IMG/VR virus record: IMGVR_UViG_3300023174_000172
Span: 1 to 62,125 of that record
Reading direction: 5' to 3' (one strand)
Origin: a virus
Lineage: Duplodnaviria > Caudoviricetes
Length of the DNA: 62,125 bases
Shown: positions 62,120 to 62,125 of the stretch, piece after piece
Layout of the letters: every line of letters starts with the position of its first letter
Numbering within the stretch: the stretch's first letter is position 1
The notes under the pieces: generated by a model
Seen by the model: only the letters and a program-made list of their open reading frames with translations
Databases searched by the model: none
What the model was told of the DNA's origin: nothing
Translations under genes and position numbers: made by a program

Positions 62120-62125
62120 TTTTAT

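Noticed and set aside
1-62125. Stop-codon reassignment as in some large phages
   Set aside because: Standard code gives dense, full-length ORFs for all core genes.

Overview
AT-rich segment of a large T4-like (myovirus) bacteriophage genome in the standard genetic code. It holds the head module (neck gp13-like, gp4, gp21, gp22, gp23) flanked by two free-standing nuclease genes. Next come a reverse-strand glycosylation cluster (UDP-galactopyranose mutase, GT60-like polypeptide GlcNAc-transferase, GT4-like and GT25-like transferases), a small terminase candidate, a clamp loader and baseplate gp25/gp6. About 40 kb of very large baseplate/fibre/appendage genes follow, then a DNA methyltransferase and dCMP deaminase. 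Main candidate new system: a phage-encoded mucin-type O-glycosylation pathway (GT60 + Glf + extending GTs) alongside eight long Thr/Pro tracts in seven predicted virion proteins, suggesting a glycosylated mucin-like virion coat. Other oddities are a five-fold nested domain array in a tail fibre, a paralog whose closing strands lie in the next gene, Cys-rich stalk-and-knob inserts, and near-leaderless gene starts. All calls come from motif recognition by eye; no database searches were run.
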